Shown: positions 20,565 to 32,290, counted from the stretch's first letter. The stretch is DNA of 64,000 bases from Planctomycetota bacterium (GCA_965223845.1 CBDCXR010000004.1:1216001-1280000), one strand, 5' to 3'. The notes: a model not told the origin generated them from the letters alone. A program made the numbers and translations.

Positions 20565-20667
20565 GAGGCTAGCTTTCTCCGTTTCGAGCGCGTCGTTATA
20601 CTCGATACCGCTAGGACCCGACGATGAAGATCGACGAACGCGACCGAACGAAAGAGAGGCGGATCGA

Positions 20668-23600
20668 GTGCCCATCTCGAAATCGACGCGAATTCGCCCG
20701 GGAGCTTCTGGAGGGCGGATCGCACTCGCAGCGATCGTAGTCTGCGGGATCGCGCTCTTGCCCGATCGGGGCCTCCCGACGCGTGCGGTTCTCCGCGCGG
20801 AGAACATATCTGCGGCCGACGGCGAGTTCTTCGAGCGCGAAGTGCGCCCGATCTTCGTCCGGCGCTGCTACGAGTGTCATTCGAGCACGACCAAGCAGAA
20901 GGGCGGTCTCGTGCTCGACTCGCGCGCCGGATGGGAGCGCGGCGGAGATCGCGGCCCCGCGGTCGTACCGGGGCGACCCGATCAGAGCCTCGTTCTGAAA
21001 GTGGTGTCCTACGAGGACCCCGATCTTCAGATGCCGCCGCGCGAAAAACTGAGCGCGCGCGAAATCGAAACGCTCGTGCGGTGGATCGAGCGCGGCGCGC
21101 CCGATCCCCGCGAAGCGGACGCGCCGCTAGCCTCTACGAGCGAGATCGACATCGCCTCTCGGCGCGCGGCGCACTGGGCGTGGCAGCCGATGGTCGCGCG
21201 TTCCCTTCCGCCCGTGAAGGATTCCGAATGGCCACGGGATCGTGTCGACGCCTGGATTCTCGCCCGACTCGAGGCGAGCGGCGTCGCGCCCGCCGAGCCG
21301 GCAGCGCCGGAAACGTGGCTCCGGCGCGCGACGTTCGACTTGATCGGCCTCCCGCCAACCGCCGAGGAAGTGACCGAGTTTCTCGCGAGCGATCCTTCCG
21401 ACCGCCGGGAGCGCGCCGTCGAGAGGCTCCTCGCCTCGCCGCACTTTGGTGAGAAATGGGCTCAACACTGGCTCGATCTTGTCCGCTACGCCGAGTCGCG
21501 CGGTCACGAGGGGGACTACACGATCCCCGCCGCGCATCACTACCGGGACTACGTGATCCGCGCGTTCAACCGCGACGTCCCGTACGACGTCCTTCTCACC
21601 GAGCACGTCGCGGGTGATCTCGTCGAGCCGCCGCGTCTCGATCCCGTGACGGGCGCGAACGAATCGGTGCAAGGCACCGGCTTCTGGTATCTCGGCGAGG
21701 CGTGTCACAGCCCGGTCGACATCCGCGGCGACGAATCCGACCGCGTCGCGAACCAGATCGACGTCTTCTCGAAGTCGTTTCTCGCGTTCACCGTCGGCTG
21801 CGCGCGTTGCCATGATCACAAGTTCGACGCGATCTCGACCGCCGACTACTACGCGCTGGCGGGCTACCTTCAGAGCTCGAGCTTTCACCTGCGCGACGTC
21901 GCCGATCCGCGCGCGCAGAGTCGCAGCGCCGACGCACTCGCCGCCCTCCGGGAGCGCGAGGGCCGCCGACTGGTCAGGGAGTTCGCCGCCGAGCTCGATA
22001 CTCGCGCGGTCGACATTCCCAAGTATCTACTCGCCGCGCGTTCGGCGGCGGCCGAGCCCGCAGACTCCACGCGCGTCGCTGAGGCGGGCGATCTCGACCC
22101 CGAGCGCCTCGGGGCATGGAAAGACGCGCTCGCGGCGGCCCGGAGCGACCTCGCCGATCCTCTCTATCCATTCGCGAGCCTCCCGGCCGGCAGTGACAGT
22201 CCCGCTTCGATCGCCGCCCATCTCGAGTCGGTGAGAGACCGATGGTCTGCCCGAGCGAACGAGGACGCCCAGCGCGCGAGCGAGCAAAAGGTCGTCCGTA
22301 CGATGACGAAGGGCGAGCGGAACTACGTTCGAACCGAACGTCCCGCCGAGAGCACGGACGTCGTCGTCGACTACGCTCGCCGCGGCACTGATCCCTGGAT
22401 CACGGTCGGGCACCGCTTCGGCGAAGGGCCCATGCGTGCGGGCTGGATCGTCTTCGGCGACGGGGAGGATCCGGTGCGCGAGGTGAACGCCTCTGCGGCC
22501 GCTCGCGACGACGGCTTGAGCGAGCGGCTGAGCGGGATGCTCCGCACAAAGACGTTCGAGGTGACCTCCGACACTCTCTGGTACGAGTACAAGGGGGAGG
22601 CGGACGTCTTCTTAGCGGTCGATTCGCATCGAATGGTCTCGGGTCCGCTCCACGGGGTCGTCCGGCAGAAGCTGAAGCCGAGCTCCGAGTATCGCTGGCA
22701 CGCGCACAACGTCCGCGAGTACATCGGGCATCGCGTCCACGTCGAGTTCACTCCGACTCGATCCTTCGCCCTCCGCGAGATCCGTTTTTCGGCGACCGCC
22801 CCGCAGTCGGTCTTCGGGACCAACGATCGGATCGCCCGCCTCGCGGCACTCGCGCCGCAGAATGTCGAGGAATTCGCGGCCCACTACGGGGCGCTCTTCC
22901 GAACGGTGATCGACGACCTGGCCGCGGACCGGATACGCGCGCGAGAAGACGCGGGAGCGAGCGAAATCGTCAACTGGCTCCTCGCGCGACGACCGCTCCT
23001 CGCTCCGGCGCCGAACACGCCGGCCTTCACGAAGGCCAGGCAGGCGTTCATTGATTCGCGTCGACGAATCGAGAAGACGATCCCTGCTCCGCTCCGCGTT
23101 CTCACGATGCTCGACGGCACCGGTGAGAACGAGCGCGTTCACATCCGCGGGAGTCATCGCTCCCTCGGAACCGAGGTTCAGCGCCGTACGCTCGCTGCGC
23201 TCGGAGGAGACTCTGCCTCTTCCGTACCTGTGGGAAGTGGCCGCCTCGAGCTCGCGCGTTCGCTGGCGTCGCCGGAGAATCCACTCGTCGCCCGCGTGTT
23301 CGTCAACCGGGTGTGGCACCACCTCTTCGGACGAGGAATCGTTCCGAGCGTCGACGATTTCGGCGTCATGGGACAAGCGCCGACGCATCCGGAGCTTCTC
23401 GACGATCTCGCACTTTCGTTCATTCACGACGGGTGGTCGCTGAAGCGACTCCTTCGGCGCCTCGTTCTTTCGCGTACGTACTCGATGTCGAGTCGCGTCG
23501 ATGGTCGCGCCGCGGAGGTCGATCCGAAGAACGAGCTCCTTCACCGTATGCCGATTCGTCGTCTCACGGGCGAAGCGATTCGCGATGCGCTCCTACAGAT

Positions 23601-24114
23601 CGCGGGGCGTCTCGATCGGACGCCGTTCGGTCCGAGCGTCATGGTGCACATCACGCCGTTCATGCGCGGAAACCGAAGCCCGAGCGAGAGCGGCCCGGTC
23701 GACAGCAACGGACGGAGAAGCATCTATATCCGCGTTCTCCGGAACCACCTCTCTCACTTCTTGCTCGCGTTCGATAAGCCGATCCCGTTCACGACGATCG
23801 GCCGGAGGACCGTCTCGAACTCGCCCGCTCAGCCCCTGATCCTCCTCAACGACCCCCTCGTCCACGCCCTCGTCGAGCAGTGGGCGAAGAGGCTCGTCGA
23901 CGAGGCGCCGGACTCTCCGATTGCGGACGCGGTGGAGCGCGCGCACCGGGACGCGTTCGGTCGCCGCGCGACTTCGGACGACGTCGCGATGGCCGTCGCG
24001 TACTTCGAGTCGATCGCAGCCGGCGCGAAGCGTACCCGCGATGTGCCGGATTCAGCGTGGGCTGAGTACTGTCACGTGCTCATCAATACGAAAGAGTTCA
24101 TCTTTCTTCGTTGA
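20668..24114 (+). CDS. Planctomycete cytochrome c (PSCyt1) + DUF1549 + DUF1553 (PSD1) protein
   Basis: FFEREVRPIF..CYECH, HWAWQP, FGEKWAQHWLDLVRYAES, CARCHDHKFD, NPLVARVFVNRVWHHLFGRG, KEFIFLR. Start (GTG 20668) is approximate. Confidence 0.9.
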   Translation: MPISKSTRIRPGASGGRIALAAIVVCGIALLPDRGLPTRAVLRAENISAADGEFFEREVRPIFVRRCYECHSSTTKQKGGLVLDSRAGWERGGDRGPAVVPGRPDQSLVLKVVSYEDPDLQMPPREKLSAREIETLVRWIERGAPDPREADAPLASTSEIDIASRRAAHWAWQPMVARSLPPVKDSEWPRDRVDAWILARLEASGVAPAEPAAPETWLRRATFDLIGLPPTAEEVTEFLASDPSDRRERAVERLLASPHFGEKWAQHWLDLVRYAESRGHEGDYTIPAAHHYRDYVIRAFNRDVPYDVLLTEHVAGDLVEPPRLDPVTGANESVQGTGFWYLGEACHSPVDIRGDESDRVANQIDVFSKSFLAFTVGCARCHDHKFDAISTADYYALAGYLQSSSFHLRDVADPRAQSRSADALAALREREGRRLVREFAAELDTRAVDIPKYLLAARSAAAEPADSTRVAEAGDLDPERLGAWKDALAAARSDLADPLYPFASLPAGSDSPASIAAHLESVRDRWSARANEDAQRASEQKVVRTMTKGERNYVRTERPAESTDVVVDYARRGTDPWITVGHRFGEGPMRAGWIVFGDGEDPVREVNASAAARDDGLSERLSGMLRTKTFEVTSDTLWYEYKGEADVFLAVDSHRMVSGPLHGVVRQKLKPSSEYRWHAHNVREYIGHRVHVEFTPTRSFALREIRFSATAPQSVFGTNDRIARLAALAPQNVEEFAAHYGALFRTVIDDLAADRIRAREDAGASEIVNWLLARRPLLAPAPNTPAFTKARQAFIDSRRRIEKTIPAPLRVLTMLDGTGENERVHIRGSHRSLGTEVQRRTLAALGGDSASSVPVGSGRLELARSLASPENPLVARVFVNRVWHHLFGRGIVPSVDDFGVMGQAPTHPELLDDLALSFIHDGWSLKRLLRRLVLSRTYSMSSRVDGRAAEVDPKNELLHRMPIRRLTGEAIRDALLQIAGRLDRTPFGPSVMVHITPFMRGNRSPSESGPVDSNGRRSIYIRVLRNHLSHFLLAFDKPIPFTTIGRRTVSNSPAQPLILLNDPLVHALVEQWAKRLVDEAPDSPIADAVERAHRDAFGRRATSDDVAMAVAYFESIAAGAKRTRDVPDSAWAEYCHVLINTKEFIFLR

Positions 24115-24129
24115 GGAACCACCCTGGCC

Positions 24130-25554
24130 ATGCACTGCCGTCGATTTCTGCCGCAGCCGATGAGTCGCCGCGAGATGCTGCTTCGCTCCGCCACGGGATT
24201 CGGTGGTGTGGCGCTCTCAGCCATGTTGACCGAGCAGGCGATGGCGCGGAGCTCGACCAATCCTCTCGCCCCGGTCGCGACGCATTTTCCCGCGCGCGCG
24301 AAGAGTGTCATTTTCCTCTACATGGACGGCGGAGTTTCCCAGGTCGATTCCTTCGATCCGAAGCCGCGCCTCGATCGCGAGCACGGCCAGAGCTTTCGCG
24401 CGAAGATCGAGCCCACGCAGTTCGACAATATCGGGAAGACTCTCAAGTCGCCGTGGGCGTTTCGCCGCTACGGCGAGGCGGGGATGGAGGTGAGCGATCT
24501 CTTCCCTCACATCGGCCGCTGCGCGGATGAGCTCTGCGTGATCCGCTCGATGGTATCGGAGTTCTCCGAGCACCAGACGGCGAACTACTTCCTTCACTCG
24601 TGTTTTGGTCAGCAGGGGCGACCGAGTGCCGGCGCGTGGATCGGATACGGTCTCGGCAGCGAGAGCGACGAACTGCCGAGCTACGTTGTGATCAACGGCG
24701 GCCTGATCCCGTCTGGCGGAATCGACTGCTTTGGTAGCAGCTTTCTCCCGGCGACGTTTCAGGGGACGGTGTTCAAGCCCGACGAGAATCCGGTCGCAAA
24801 CATCCGACCGCGTGAGCGGGATCCGTCGGCGCAGCGAAGAAAGATGGCGCTCCTCCGGCGGCTCGATCGCGGCGTACTCGAGCGCTACGGGAGCGTCGAC
24901 GCCCTCGAGTCGGCGATCGCGAACTACGAAACCGCCGCAAAGATGCAGACGGCCGTGCCCGAGCTCATCCGCTTCGGAGATGAGACGCCCGCGACGCGGC
25001 GGCTCTACGGGCTCGAGTCGAGCTACGAACCGACTACGATCTTCGGGCGACAGTGTCTTCTCGCGAGGCGCATGGTCGAGCGCGGGGTTCGCTTCATCGA
25101 GCTCACCTGCCCGCGCATCTCGGGAAACGACCGTTGGGACGCGCACAGCGGTCTGAGGAAGAACCACGGCGACAACTCGCGCGCCGTCGATCAGCCGATC
25201 GCGGCACTCATTCAGGACCTCAAATCCCGTGGACTCCTGGAGCAGACCTTGATCGTCTGGGCGGGGGAGTTCGGGCGAACCCCGTTCGCGCAGGGCGCGA
25301 ATGGGCGGGATCACAGTCCGTTCGGGTTCTCGATCTTCCTCGCCGGCGGCGGGACAAAGGGCGGGACGGTCTACGGCGAGACCGACGAGTACGGCTACCG
25401 CGTGATCTCGGGCCGCGTCGAAATGTTCGACCTCCACGCCACGATCCTCCACCTGCTCGGTCTAGACCACACTCGCCTCACGTACCGATTCGGCGGCCGC
25501 GACATGCGGCTGACCGACGTCCACGGGCACGTCGTTCACGATCTGTTGGCTTGA
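24130..25554 (+). CDS. DUF1501 family protein (Tat-type signal)
   Basis: SRREML, AKSVIFLYMDGGVSQVDSFDPKP, WDAH, GEFGRTP, GRDH, RLTDVHG. Confidence 0.93.
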   Translation: MHCRRFLPQPMSRREMLLRSATGFGGVALSAMLTEQAMARSSTNPLAPVATHFPARAKSVIFLYMDGGVSQVDSFDPKPRLDREHGQSFRAKIEPTQFDNIGKTLKSPWAFRRYGEAGMEVSDLFPHIGRCADELCVIRSMVSEFSEHQTANYFLHSCFGQQGRPSAGAWIGYGLGSESDELPSYVVINGGLIPSGGIDCFGSSFLPATFQGTVFKPDENPVANIRPRERDPSAQRRKMALLRRLDRGVLERYGSVDALESAIANYETAAKMQTAVPELIRFGDETPATRRLYGLESSYEPTTIFGRQCLLARRMVERGVRFIELTCPRISGNDRWDAHSGLRKNHGDNSRAVDQPIAALIQDLKSRGLLEQTLIVWAGEFGRTPFAQGANGRDHSPFGFSIFLAGGGTKGGTVYGETDEYGYRVISGRVEMFDLHATILHLLGLDHTRLTYRFGGRDMRLTDVHGHVVHDLLA

Positions 25555-25640
25555 CCGGGCGCGCGGTACTGACGTTGCGGCTGGTGTGAGGGCAGTGTTC
25601 GGATCTCCCGAGCCCGGCGGTGCTCGTCCGCATGGATCCG

Positions 25641-25667
25641 AGGACGCCGCGGATTTTTCGGCGTCCT
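25641..25667. terminator. GC-rich hairpin after DUF1501 (possible terminator, no clear U-tract)
   Basis: AGGACGCCG / CGGCGTCCT 9-bp stem. Confidence 0.25.
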
Positions 25668-25905
25668 TGACTCGGCCGAACAGGGGGGCACCCCCATGAA
25701 GGGCGCGAGAAATCCAGGCAAAGTATCGCCTGCGATCGCCTCCGCCCATAGAATGGACCTCCGGTGGAGTCTTTGGGTAGGGTATCCTTCGGCTCCTTAT
25801 TCCAGCGCCATTTCATCCACTTTGACTTAGCGCCACGCGTGTCGTCGGCAGGGCGGTGAAGCCGTTCCGTGCCCCGGCCGGTGCTCTCTCACGGAATCTT
25901 GAGTC

Positions 25906-28900
25906 ATGATTGAGATGTGGAGTTTCCTCGCGCGCGCCGGCCGATCGAGTTGGCGCATCGGATGGATCGTCATCCTCGCCGCGACGCCTGCGTTCGCCGT
26001 TGACACGGATCTCGACGGCATCGATGACGAAGTCGACAACTGTCCGACCGTCGCGAACGCTGACCAGACGGACACCGACGGCGATGGTCTCGGGGATGCC
26101 TGCGACACCGACGACGACGGCGACACCGTCGAAGACACCTCGGACAATTGCCCGCTCGACGTCAACACCGACCAATCGGACATCGATCTCGATGGCCTCG
26201 GCGACGTCTGCGACGAGGACGACGATGGCGACGGGGTCGATGATTCCACCGACAACTGCCCGGTGGATGCGAATCCAGCGCAATCCGATCTAGACGGCGA
26301 CGGCCTCGGCGACGCGTGCGACGCCGATGACGACGGTGACGGAGTCGACGACGGCGTCGACAACTGTCCCATGGACGCCAACGCCGGGCAGGAGGATCTC
26401 GACGGCGACGGCGTGGGGGATGCCTGCGACGCGGACGACGACGGCGACGGCGTCGACGACGGTAGCGACAACTGTCCGCTGGACGCCAATCCCGGTCAGG
26501 CCGACAAGGACAACGATGGCCTAGGGGACGCTTGCGACGACGACGATGACGGCGACGGCGTTCTCGACGTCAACGACAACTGCCCGCTCAACTGGAACGC
26601 GAAGCAAGCGGACCTCGATCAGGACGGGATCGGCGACGCCTGCGACGACGACGACGACGGCGACGGCGTTCTCGACGTCAATGACAACTGCGTGCGGACC
26701 GTCAATCCCGATCAGACCGACTCCGACGGAGACGGGATCGGCGACGCTTGCGACTCGGACCTCGACGGCGACGGGGTGATCGACGACGAGGACAACTGTC
26801 CGTCGACTCCGAACGCGGGTCAGGAGGATCTCGATCTCGACGGCCTCGGCGACGTCTGCGACGCGGACGACGACGGTGACGGAGTCGACGACGATGTCGA
26901 CAATTGCCCCGTCGACGCGAATGCGGGGCAGTCGGACCTCGACGGCGACGGCCTCGGTGACGCGTGCGACGCAGACGACGACGGTGACGGAGTCGACGAC
27001 GGCGTGGACAATTGCCCCGTCGACGTCAACGCGGATCAGGCGGATCTCGACGGCGACGGAATCGGCGATGTGTGCGACGCGGACGACGACGGGGATGGTG
27101 TCGACGACGATGTCGACAACTGCCCCGTCGACGCGAATGCGGGTCAGTCGGACCTCGACGGCGACGGCCTCGGTGACGCGTGCGACGCAGACGACGACGG
27201 TGACGGAGTCGACGACGGTGCGGACAACTGCCCCGCGACGCCGAATGCGGATCAGTCGGATCTCGACGGCGACGGAATCGGCGACGCGTGCGATAACGAC
27301 GGCGACGGCGACGGGGTCGCGGACGACGTCGACAATTGTCCCGCCGATCCGAATGCGGATCAGTCGGACCTCGACGGAGACGGCCTCGGTGACGTCTGCG
27401 ACGCGGACGACGACGGGGATGGTGTCGACGACGGCGCGGACAACTGCCCCGTAACGGCGAACTCCGATCAGTCGGACCTCGACGGTGACGGCGCCGGTGA
27501 CGCTTGCGATGCGGACGACGACGGTGACGGCGTCGACGACGGCGCGGACAATTGTCCCGCGACGGCGAACGCGGATCAGGCGGACCTCGATGGTGATGGC
27601 ATCGGTGACGTTTGCGATCCCGACGTCGACGGCGACGGCGTCGCGGACGGGGCGGACAACTGTCCTCTGATCGCGAACGCGGATCAGTCGGACCTCGACG
27701 GTGACGGCGCCGGTGACGCTTGCGACGCGGACGACGACGGTGACGGCGTCGACGACGGTGCGGACAACTGTCCCGCGACGGCGAATGCGGATCAGTCGGA
27801 CCTCGACGGTGACGGAATCGGTGACGCGTGCGACAACGACGGTGACGGCGACGGCGTCACCGACGACGTCGACAACTGCCCCTCGATCGCGAACGCGGAT
27901 CAGGCCGATCTCGACGGTGACGGTCTCGGCGACGTCTGCGATGCGGACGACGACGGTGACGGCGTCGACGATGGCTCGGACAACTGCCCGACGACGGCGA
28001 ACGCGGATCAGGCCGATCTCGACGGTGATGGTCTCGGCGACGTCTGCGACGCGGACGACGACGGCGATGGGACGGACGATGGTGCGGACAACTGTCCGAC
28101 CGATGCGAACGCGGATCAATCGGACCTCGACGGTGACGGTCTCGGCGATGTCTGCGACGCCGACGACGACGGCGACGGCGTCACCGATGACGTCGACAAC
28201 TGCCCGACCGACGCGAATATCGATCAGTCGGACCTCGACGGCGACGGTCTCGGCGATGTCTGCGACGCCGACGACGACGGCGACGGTGTGCCGGACGGCT
28301 CGGACAACTGTCCCGCGACGGCGAATGCGGATCAGTCGGATCTCGACGGCGACGGTCTCGGCGACGTCTGCGACGGTGATGGCGACGGCGACGGAGTCGA
28401 GGACGGGGCCGACAACTGCCCGTCGATCGCGAATCCGGATCAAGCGGATCTCGATGGCGACGGCCTCGGCGACGTCTGCGACGCGGACGACGACGGTGAC
28501 GGCGTCGACGACGGTGCGGACAACTGTCCCGCGACGGCGAACGCGGATCAGTCGGACCTCGACGGCGACGGCCTCGGCGACGCCTGCGACGCGGACGACG
28601 ACGGCGATGGTACGGACGACGGTGCGGACAACTGTCCGACCGACGCGAACGCGGATCAATCGGACCTCGACGGCGACGGTCTCGGCGATGTCTGCGATCC
28701 GGACGACGACGGCGACGGCGTCACGGACGGCGTGGACAATTGTCCCGTCGACACGAATCCGGCCCAGGCGGATCTCGACGGCGACGGCCTCGGCGACGCC
28801 TGCGACGTGGACGACGACGGCGACGGGACGATCGACGATACCGACAATTGCCCGACGACGCCGAACGCGGATCAGTCGGATGTCGACGGTGACGGTCTCG

Positions 28901-31900
28901 GCGACGCCTGCGATGCGGACGACGACGGTGACGGCGTTGCCGACGGCGCGGACAACTGTCCGTCCAACCCGAACCCGAAGCAGGCGAATCTCGACGGCGA
29001 CGCCCTCGGCGACGCCTGCGACCCGGACGACGACAACGACGGCATCGACGACGGTCCGGACAACTGCCCGCGGAATGTGAATCCCGACCAGAGCGACATC
29101 GACGGCGACGGCGTCGGTGACGTCTGTGACGGCGACCGCGACGGCGACGCGATTCCCGACAGTCGCGACAATTGCCCGGCGATTCCAAACTTCGATCAGG
29201 CGGACCTCGACGGCGACGGTCTCGGCGACATCTGCGACGCGGACGACGACGGCGATGGCGTTGACGATGGCGTGGACAACTGCCCGGTCGACGCAAACCC
29301 GAGTCAGTCTGACGTCGATCAGGACGGCCTCGGCGATGCGTGCGATCCGGACGACGACAACGACGGCGTGCCCGACGGCACCGACAACTGTCCGACCGAC
29401 GTGAATGCCGATCAGGCGGATCTCGATCAAGACGGTCTCGGCGACGTGTGTGACCTGGACGACGACCGCGACGGTGTCGCCGACGACGTCGACAACTGCC
29501 CGCGAGTCCAGAATGTCGACCAAGGCGACCTCGATCAGGACGGCCAGGGCGACGCGTGCGATGCGGACGACGACGGTGATGGCGTCGACGACGCGAGTGA
29601 CAACTGTCCCCGGATCTCGAATCCGAACCAGAACGACGTGGACGGCGACGGCCTCGGGGACGTGTGCGACGGCGACGGCGACGGCGACGGCGTTCTCGAC
29701 GACGTGGACAATTGCCCGAACGACGCGAACTCCGATCAACTTGACATCGACCAGGATGGTCTCGGTGACGTCTGCGACCCGGACGACGACGGCGACGGCG
29801 TCGCCGACGGTGCGGACAACTGCCCGCGCGCCGCGAACGCGAGCCAAACCGACACCGACGGTGACGGTGACGGCGACGCGTGCGATGCGGACGACGACGG
29901 CGACGGCGTCGACGACTTCGCGGACAACTGCCCGCTGATCGTGAACGGGAACCAAGCCGATCTCGACCAGGACGGCATGGGCGACGCGTGTGACGCAGAC
30001 GACGATGGAGACGGAGTTTCCGACGACGCGGACAACTGCCCGCGGAACCTCAACATCGATCAGGCCGACCTCGACGGAGACGGAATCGGGGACGTCTGCG
30101 ACCCGGATGTCGACGGCGATGGAGTCGCCGACGATGGGGACAACTGTCCGCTTGACGCGAACGCCAACCAGGCGGATCTCGACGACGACGGGATCGGTGA
30201 CGTGTGCGACTCCGACGACGACGGAGACGGGGTGGCCGACGATGTCGACAGTTGTCCGCGTGACGTCAACCCGAACCAGGCGGACGCAGACCAAGATGGC
30301 GTGGGTGACGCGTGCGACCCCGACATCGACGGCGACGGCACGGACAACGCGGCCGACAACTGTCCGACGGACGTGAACTCCGATCAGGCCGATCTCGATG
30401 GCGACGGCCTCGGCGACGTGTGCGACTCCGACGACGACGGAGACGGGGTTTCCGACGATGCGGACAACTGCCCCGTGGACTCGAATCCCGATCAGGCGGA
30501 CGAGGACGGAGACGGGATGGGAGACGCTTGCGATCTTCCCGACGCCGACGAGGACGGCATCCCGGATATCAACGACAACTGCGTCGAAATCGTAAACCCC
30601 GACCAGACTGACACGGACGGCGACGGCGTGGGTGACGCGTGCGACGCGGATGACGATGGTGACGGTGTCGAGGACGGCGCGGACAATTGTCCGCTCGTCG
30701 ACAATGCCGACCAGGCCGACCTCGACACGGACGGCATGGGCGACGCGTGCGATGCAGACGACGACGGCGACGGCATCGACGACGCGACCGACAACTGCCC
30801 GCGCGACCCGAACGCCGATCAGGTGGACGGTGACTTCGACGGCTTCGGCGATGCGTGCGATGACGACGACGACGCGGACGGAACACCGGACGAGGACGAC
30901 AACTGTCCGATGGTCACGAACCCGACGCAGTCGGACCTCGACGGTGATGAGATCGGTGACGCATGCGACAACGACATCGACAACGATGGCGTTCTGAACG
31001 AGGCCGACAACTGCGTCGACGTTCCGAACACGGATCAAGATGACCTCGACCAGGACGGAATCGGCGACGACTGCGACGCGGACGTCGACGGCGACGACGT
31101 CGCGAACGGAGACGACAACTGTCCCGAGGCTCCGAATCCCGGACAACCCGACCTCGACGTCGACGGGATCGGCGACGTATGCGACAACTGCCCGATCGTC
31201 CCCAACCCCGATCAGGCGGACTCCGACGACGACGGCTTCGGCGATGTCTGCGACGAAGCCACCGATTTCGACTTCGACGGCATCGACGACGACGTCGACA
31301 ACTGTCCCGACACCGCCAATCCAGACCAGGCCGACGCCGATCAGGACGGCGAGGGTGATGCCTGCGACTCCGACTCGGATGCCGACGAGGACTTCATCGC
31401 CGATATCACCGACAACTGCCCGACGGTGCCGAACACGGGTCAGACGGACACGGACGAGGACGGCATCGGGGACGCGTGCGACGGAGATCTCGACGGCGAC
31501 GGCGTTCCTAACGACTCGGACAACTGCGAATCCCTTCCGAACGCGAACCAGGTCGATCTCGATCAGGATGGCGCCGGCGACGTCTGCGATCCGGACGACG
31601 ACGATGACGGGATCATCGACGACGAGGACAACTGCCCCGCGACGGCGAACCCGAGTCAGACCGATCTCGACACCGATCAGATCGGTGACGCCTGCGACGC
31701 CGACCGCGACGGGGACGGCGTCGCCAACGGAGCCGACAACTGCCCCGACGTGCCAAACGCCGATCAGCTCGACTCGAACGACGACGGAGTCGGGGACGCG
31801 TGCGGAACGGGCGGCTCCCGCGATTTCATCCGCGGCGACTCGAACAACGACGACCGCGTCGATATCGCCGACCCGATCTACCTCGTGAATTATCTCTTCC

Positions 31901-32091
31901 GCGCGGGACCGATCCCGCCGTGTCAGGACGGGGGGGACTCGAACGACGACGGCCGCATCGACATTGCGGATCCGATCTATTCGACGACCTTCCTCTTCTC
32001 GGCCGGACCCGCGTTCCCGCCGCCGTATCCGAATCCGGGTCCGGATCCGTCTGCGGATCGGCTGCCCTGTGGCGCTTCGGCAACGCCCTGA
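25906..32091 (+). CDS. Giant secreted thrombospondin type-3 repeat protein with C-terminal dockerin-like domain
   Basis: Signal peptide ending AFA. ~54 DNCP-x3-N-x2-Q-x-D-x-DGDG-x-GD-x-C units. Duplicated GD(S)NxDxRxDIADPIY tail. Confidence 0.92.
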   Translation: MIEMWSFLARAGRSSWRIGWIVILAATPAFAVDTDLDGIDDEVDNCPTVANADQTDTDGDGLGDACDTDDDGDTVEDTSDNCPLDVNTDQSDIDLDGLGDVCDEDDDGDGVDDSTDNCPVDANPAQSDLDGDGLGDACDADDDGDGVDDGVDNCPMDANAGQEDLDGDGVGDACDADDDGDGVDDGSDNCPLDANPGQADKDNDGLGDACDDDDDGDGVLDVNDNCPLNWNAKQADLDQDGIGDACDDDDDGDGVLDVNDNCVRTVNPDQTDSDGDGIGDACDSDLDGDGVIDDEDNCPSTPNAGQEDLDLDGLGDVCDADDDGDGVDDDVDNCPVDANAGQSDLDGDGLGDACDADDDGDGVDDGVDNCPVDVNADQADLDGDGIGDVCDADDDGDGVDDDVDNCPVDANAGQSDLDGDGLGDACDADDDGDGVDDGADNCPATPNADQSDLDGDGIGDACDNDGDGDGVADDVDNCPADPNADQSDLDGDGLGDVCDADDDGDGVDDGADNCPVTANSDQSDLDGDGAGDACDADDDGDGVDDGADNCPATANADQADLDGDGIGDVCDPDVDGDGVADGADNCPLIANADQSDLDGDGAGDACDADDDGDGVDDGADNCPATANADQSDLDGDGIGDACDNDGDGDGVTDDVDNCPSIANADQADLDGDGLGDVCDADDDGDGVDDGSDNCPTTANADQADLDGDGLGDVCDADDDGDGTDDGADNCPTDANADQSDLDGDGLGDVCDADDDGDGVTDDVDNCPTDANIDQSDLDGDGLGDVCDADDDGDGVPDGSDNCPATANADQSDLDGDGLGDVCDGDGDGDGVEDGADNCPSIANPDQADLDGDGLGDVCDADDDGDGVDDGADNCPATANADQSDLDGDGLGDACDADDDGDGTDDGADNCPTDANADQSDLDGDGLGDVCDPDDDGDGVTDGVDNCPVDTNPAQADLDGDGLGDACDVDDDGDGTIDDTDNCPTTPNADQSDVDGDGLGDACDADDDGDGVADGADNCPSNPNPKQANLDGDALGDACDPDDDNDGIDDGPDNCPRNVNPDQSDIDGDGVGDVCDGDRDGDAIPDSRDNCPAIPNFDQADLDGDGLGDICDADDDGDGVDDGVDNCPVDANPSQSDVDQDGLGDACDPDDDNDGVPDGTDNCPTDVNADQADLDQDGLGDVCDLDDDRDGVADDVDNCPRVQNVDQGDLDQDGQGDACDADDDGDGVDDASDNCPRISNPNQNDVDGDGLGDVCDGDGDGDGVLDDVDNCPNDANSDQLDIDQDGLGDVCDPDDDGDGVADGADNCPRAANASQTDTDGDGDGDACDADDDGDGVDDFADNCPLIVNGNQADLDQDGMGDACDADDDGDGVSDDADNCPRNLNIDQADLDGDGIGDVCDPDVDGDGVADDGDNCPLDANANQADLDDDGIGDVCDSDDDGDGVADDVDSCPRDVNPNQADADQDGVGDACDPDIDGDGTDNAADNCPTDVNSDQADLDGDGLGDVCDSDDDGDGVSDDADNCPVDSNPDQADEDGDGMGDACDLPDADEDGIPDINDNCVEIVNPDQTDTDGDGVGDACDADDDGDGVEDGADNCPLVDNADQADLDTDGMGDACDADDDGDGIDDATDNCPRDPNADQVDGDFDGFGDACDDDDDADGTPDEDDNCPMVTNPTQSDLDGDEIGDACDNDIDNDGVLNEADNCVDVPNTDQDDLDQDGIGDDCDADVDGDDVANGDDNCPEAPNPGQPDLDVDGIGDVCDNCPIVPNPDQADSDDDGFGDVCDEATDFDFDGIDDDVDNCPDTANPDQADADQDGEGDACDSDSDADEDFIADITDNCPTVPNTGQTDTDEDGIGDACDGDLDGDGVPNDSDNCESLPNANQVDLDQDGAGDVCDPDDDDDGIIDDEDNCPATANPSQTDLDTDQIGDACDADRDGDGVANGADNCPDVPNADQLDSNDDGVGDACGTGGSRDFIRGDSNNDDRVDIADPIYLVNYLFRAGPIPPCQDGGDSNDDGRIDIADPIYSTTFLFSAGPAFPPPYPNPGPDPSADRLPCGASATP
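26002..31803 (+). repeat. Intragenic tandem repeat, ~108-bp (36-aa) unit, ~54 copies
   Basis: Manual count of DNC(P/V/E)/DSCP units is 54. GACAA(C/T)TG(C/T)CC recurs about every 108 bp. Confidence 0.9.
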
Positions 32092-32127
32092 CGAACGGCC
32101 GGAGACCCCCAGCGACGGAGCGAGAAA

Positions 32128-32207
32128 CGAACCGACGGAAGCGATGGAAAAGCAGCGCGAGAGCGTCCGTAGCGCGCTCGACTGCGGCCATCGGTTCCGT
32201 CGGTTCG
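32128..32207. repeat. Intergenic inverted repeat, 20-bp arms
   Basis: CGAACCGACGGAAGCGATGG (32128-32147) matches the reverse complement of 32188-32207 at 19/20. Confidence 0.75.
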
Positions 32208-32290
32208 CGTTCTTCTCCTTGATCTCGGCGGAACACTTCGGGTTAGAATCTCCGCGCTCGTAGGGCGGCGTCACGAGAACGGAGGATCGG

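Noticed and set aside
20083-20667. Long N-terminal extensions in the ORF track (also at 1699, 2984, 8391, 37593, 58003)
   Set aside because: They overlap neighbouring genes or lack family similarity; downstream starts fit RBS positions and domain boundaries better.
26002-31803. Regular repeats as a possible CRISPR array or DGR template
   Set aside because: Repeats are in-frame coding units with synonymous variation; no unique spacers, cas genes or reverse transcriptase.
31831-31839. RGD integrin-binding motif in the thrombospondin-like protein
   Set aside because: It is the start of the dockerin-like Ca-binding loop (FIRGD), not evidence of host mimicry.
26521-32274. 1917-aa antisense ORF and many Thr/Arg-rich alternate-frame ORFs over the repeat gene
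   Set aside because: Shadow of GAC/GGC-rich codons (GAC reads GTC, Val, on the other strand); no independent motifs.
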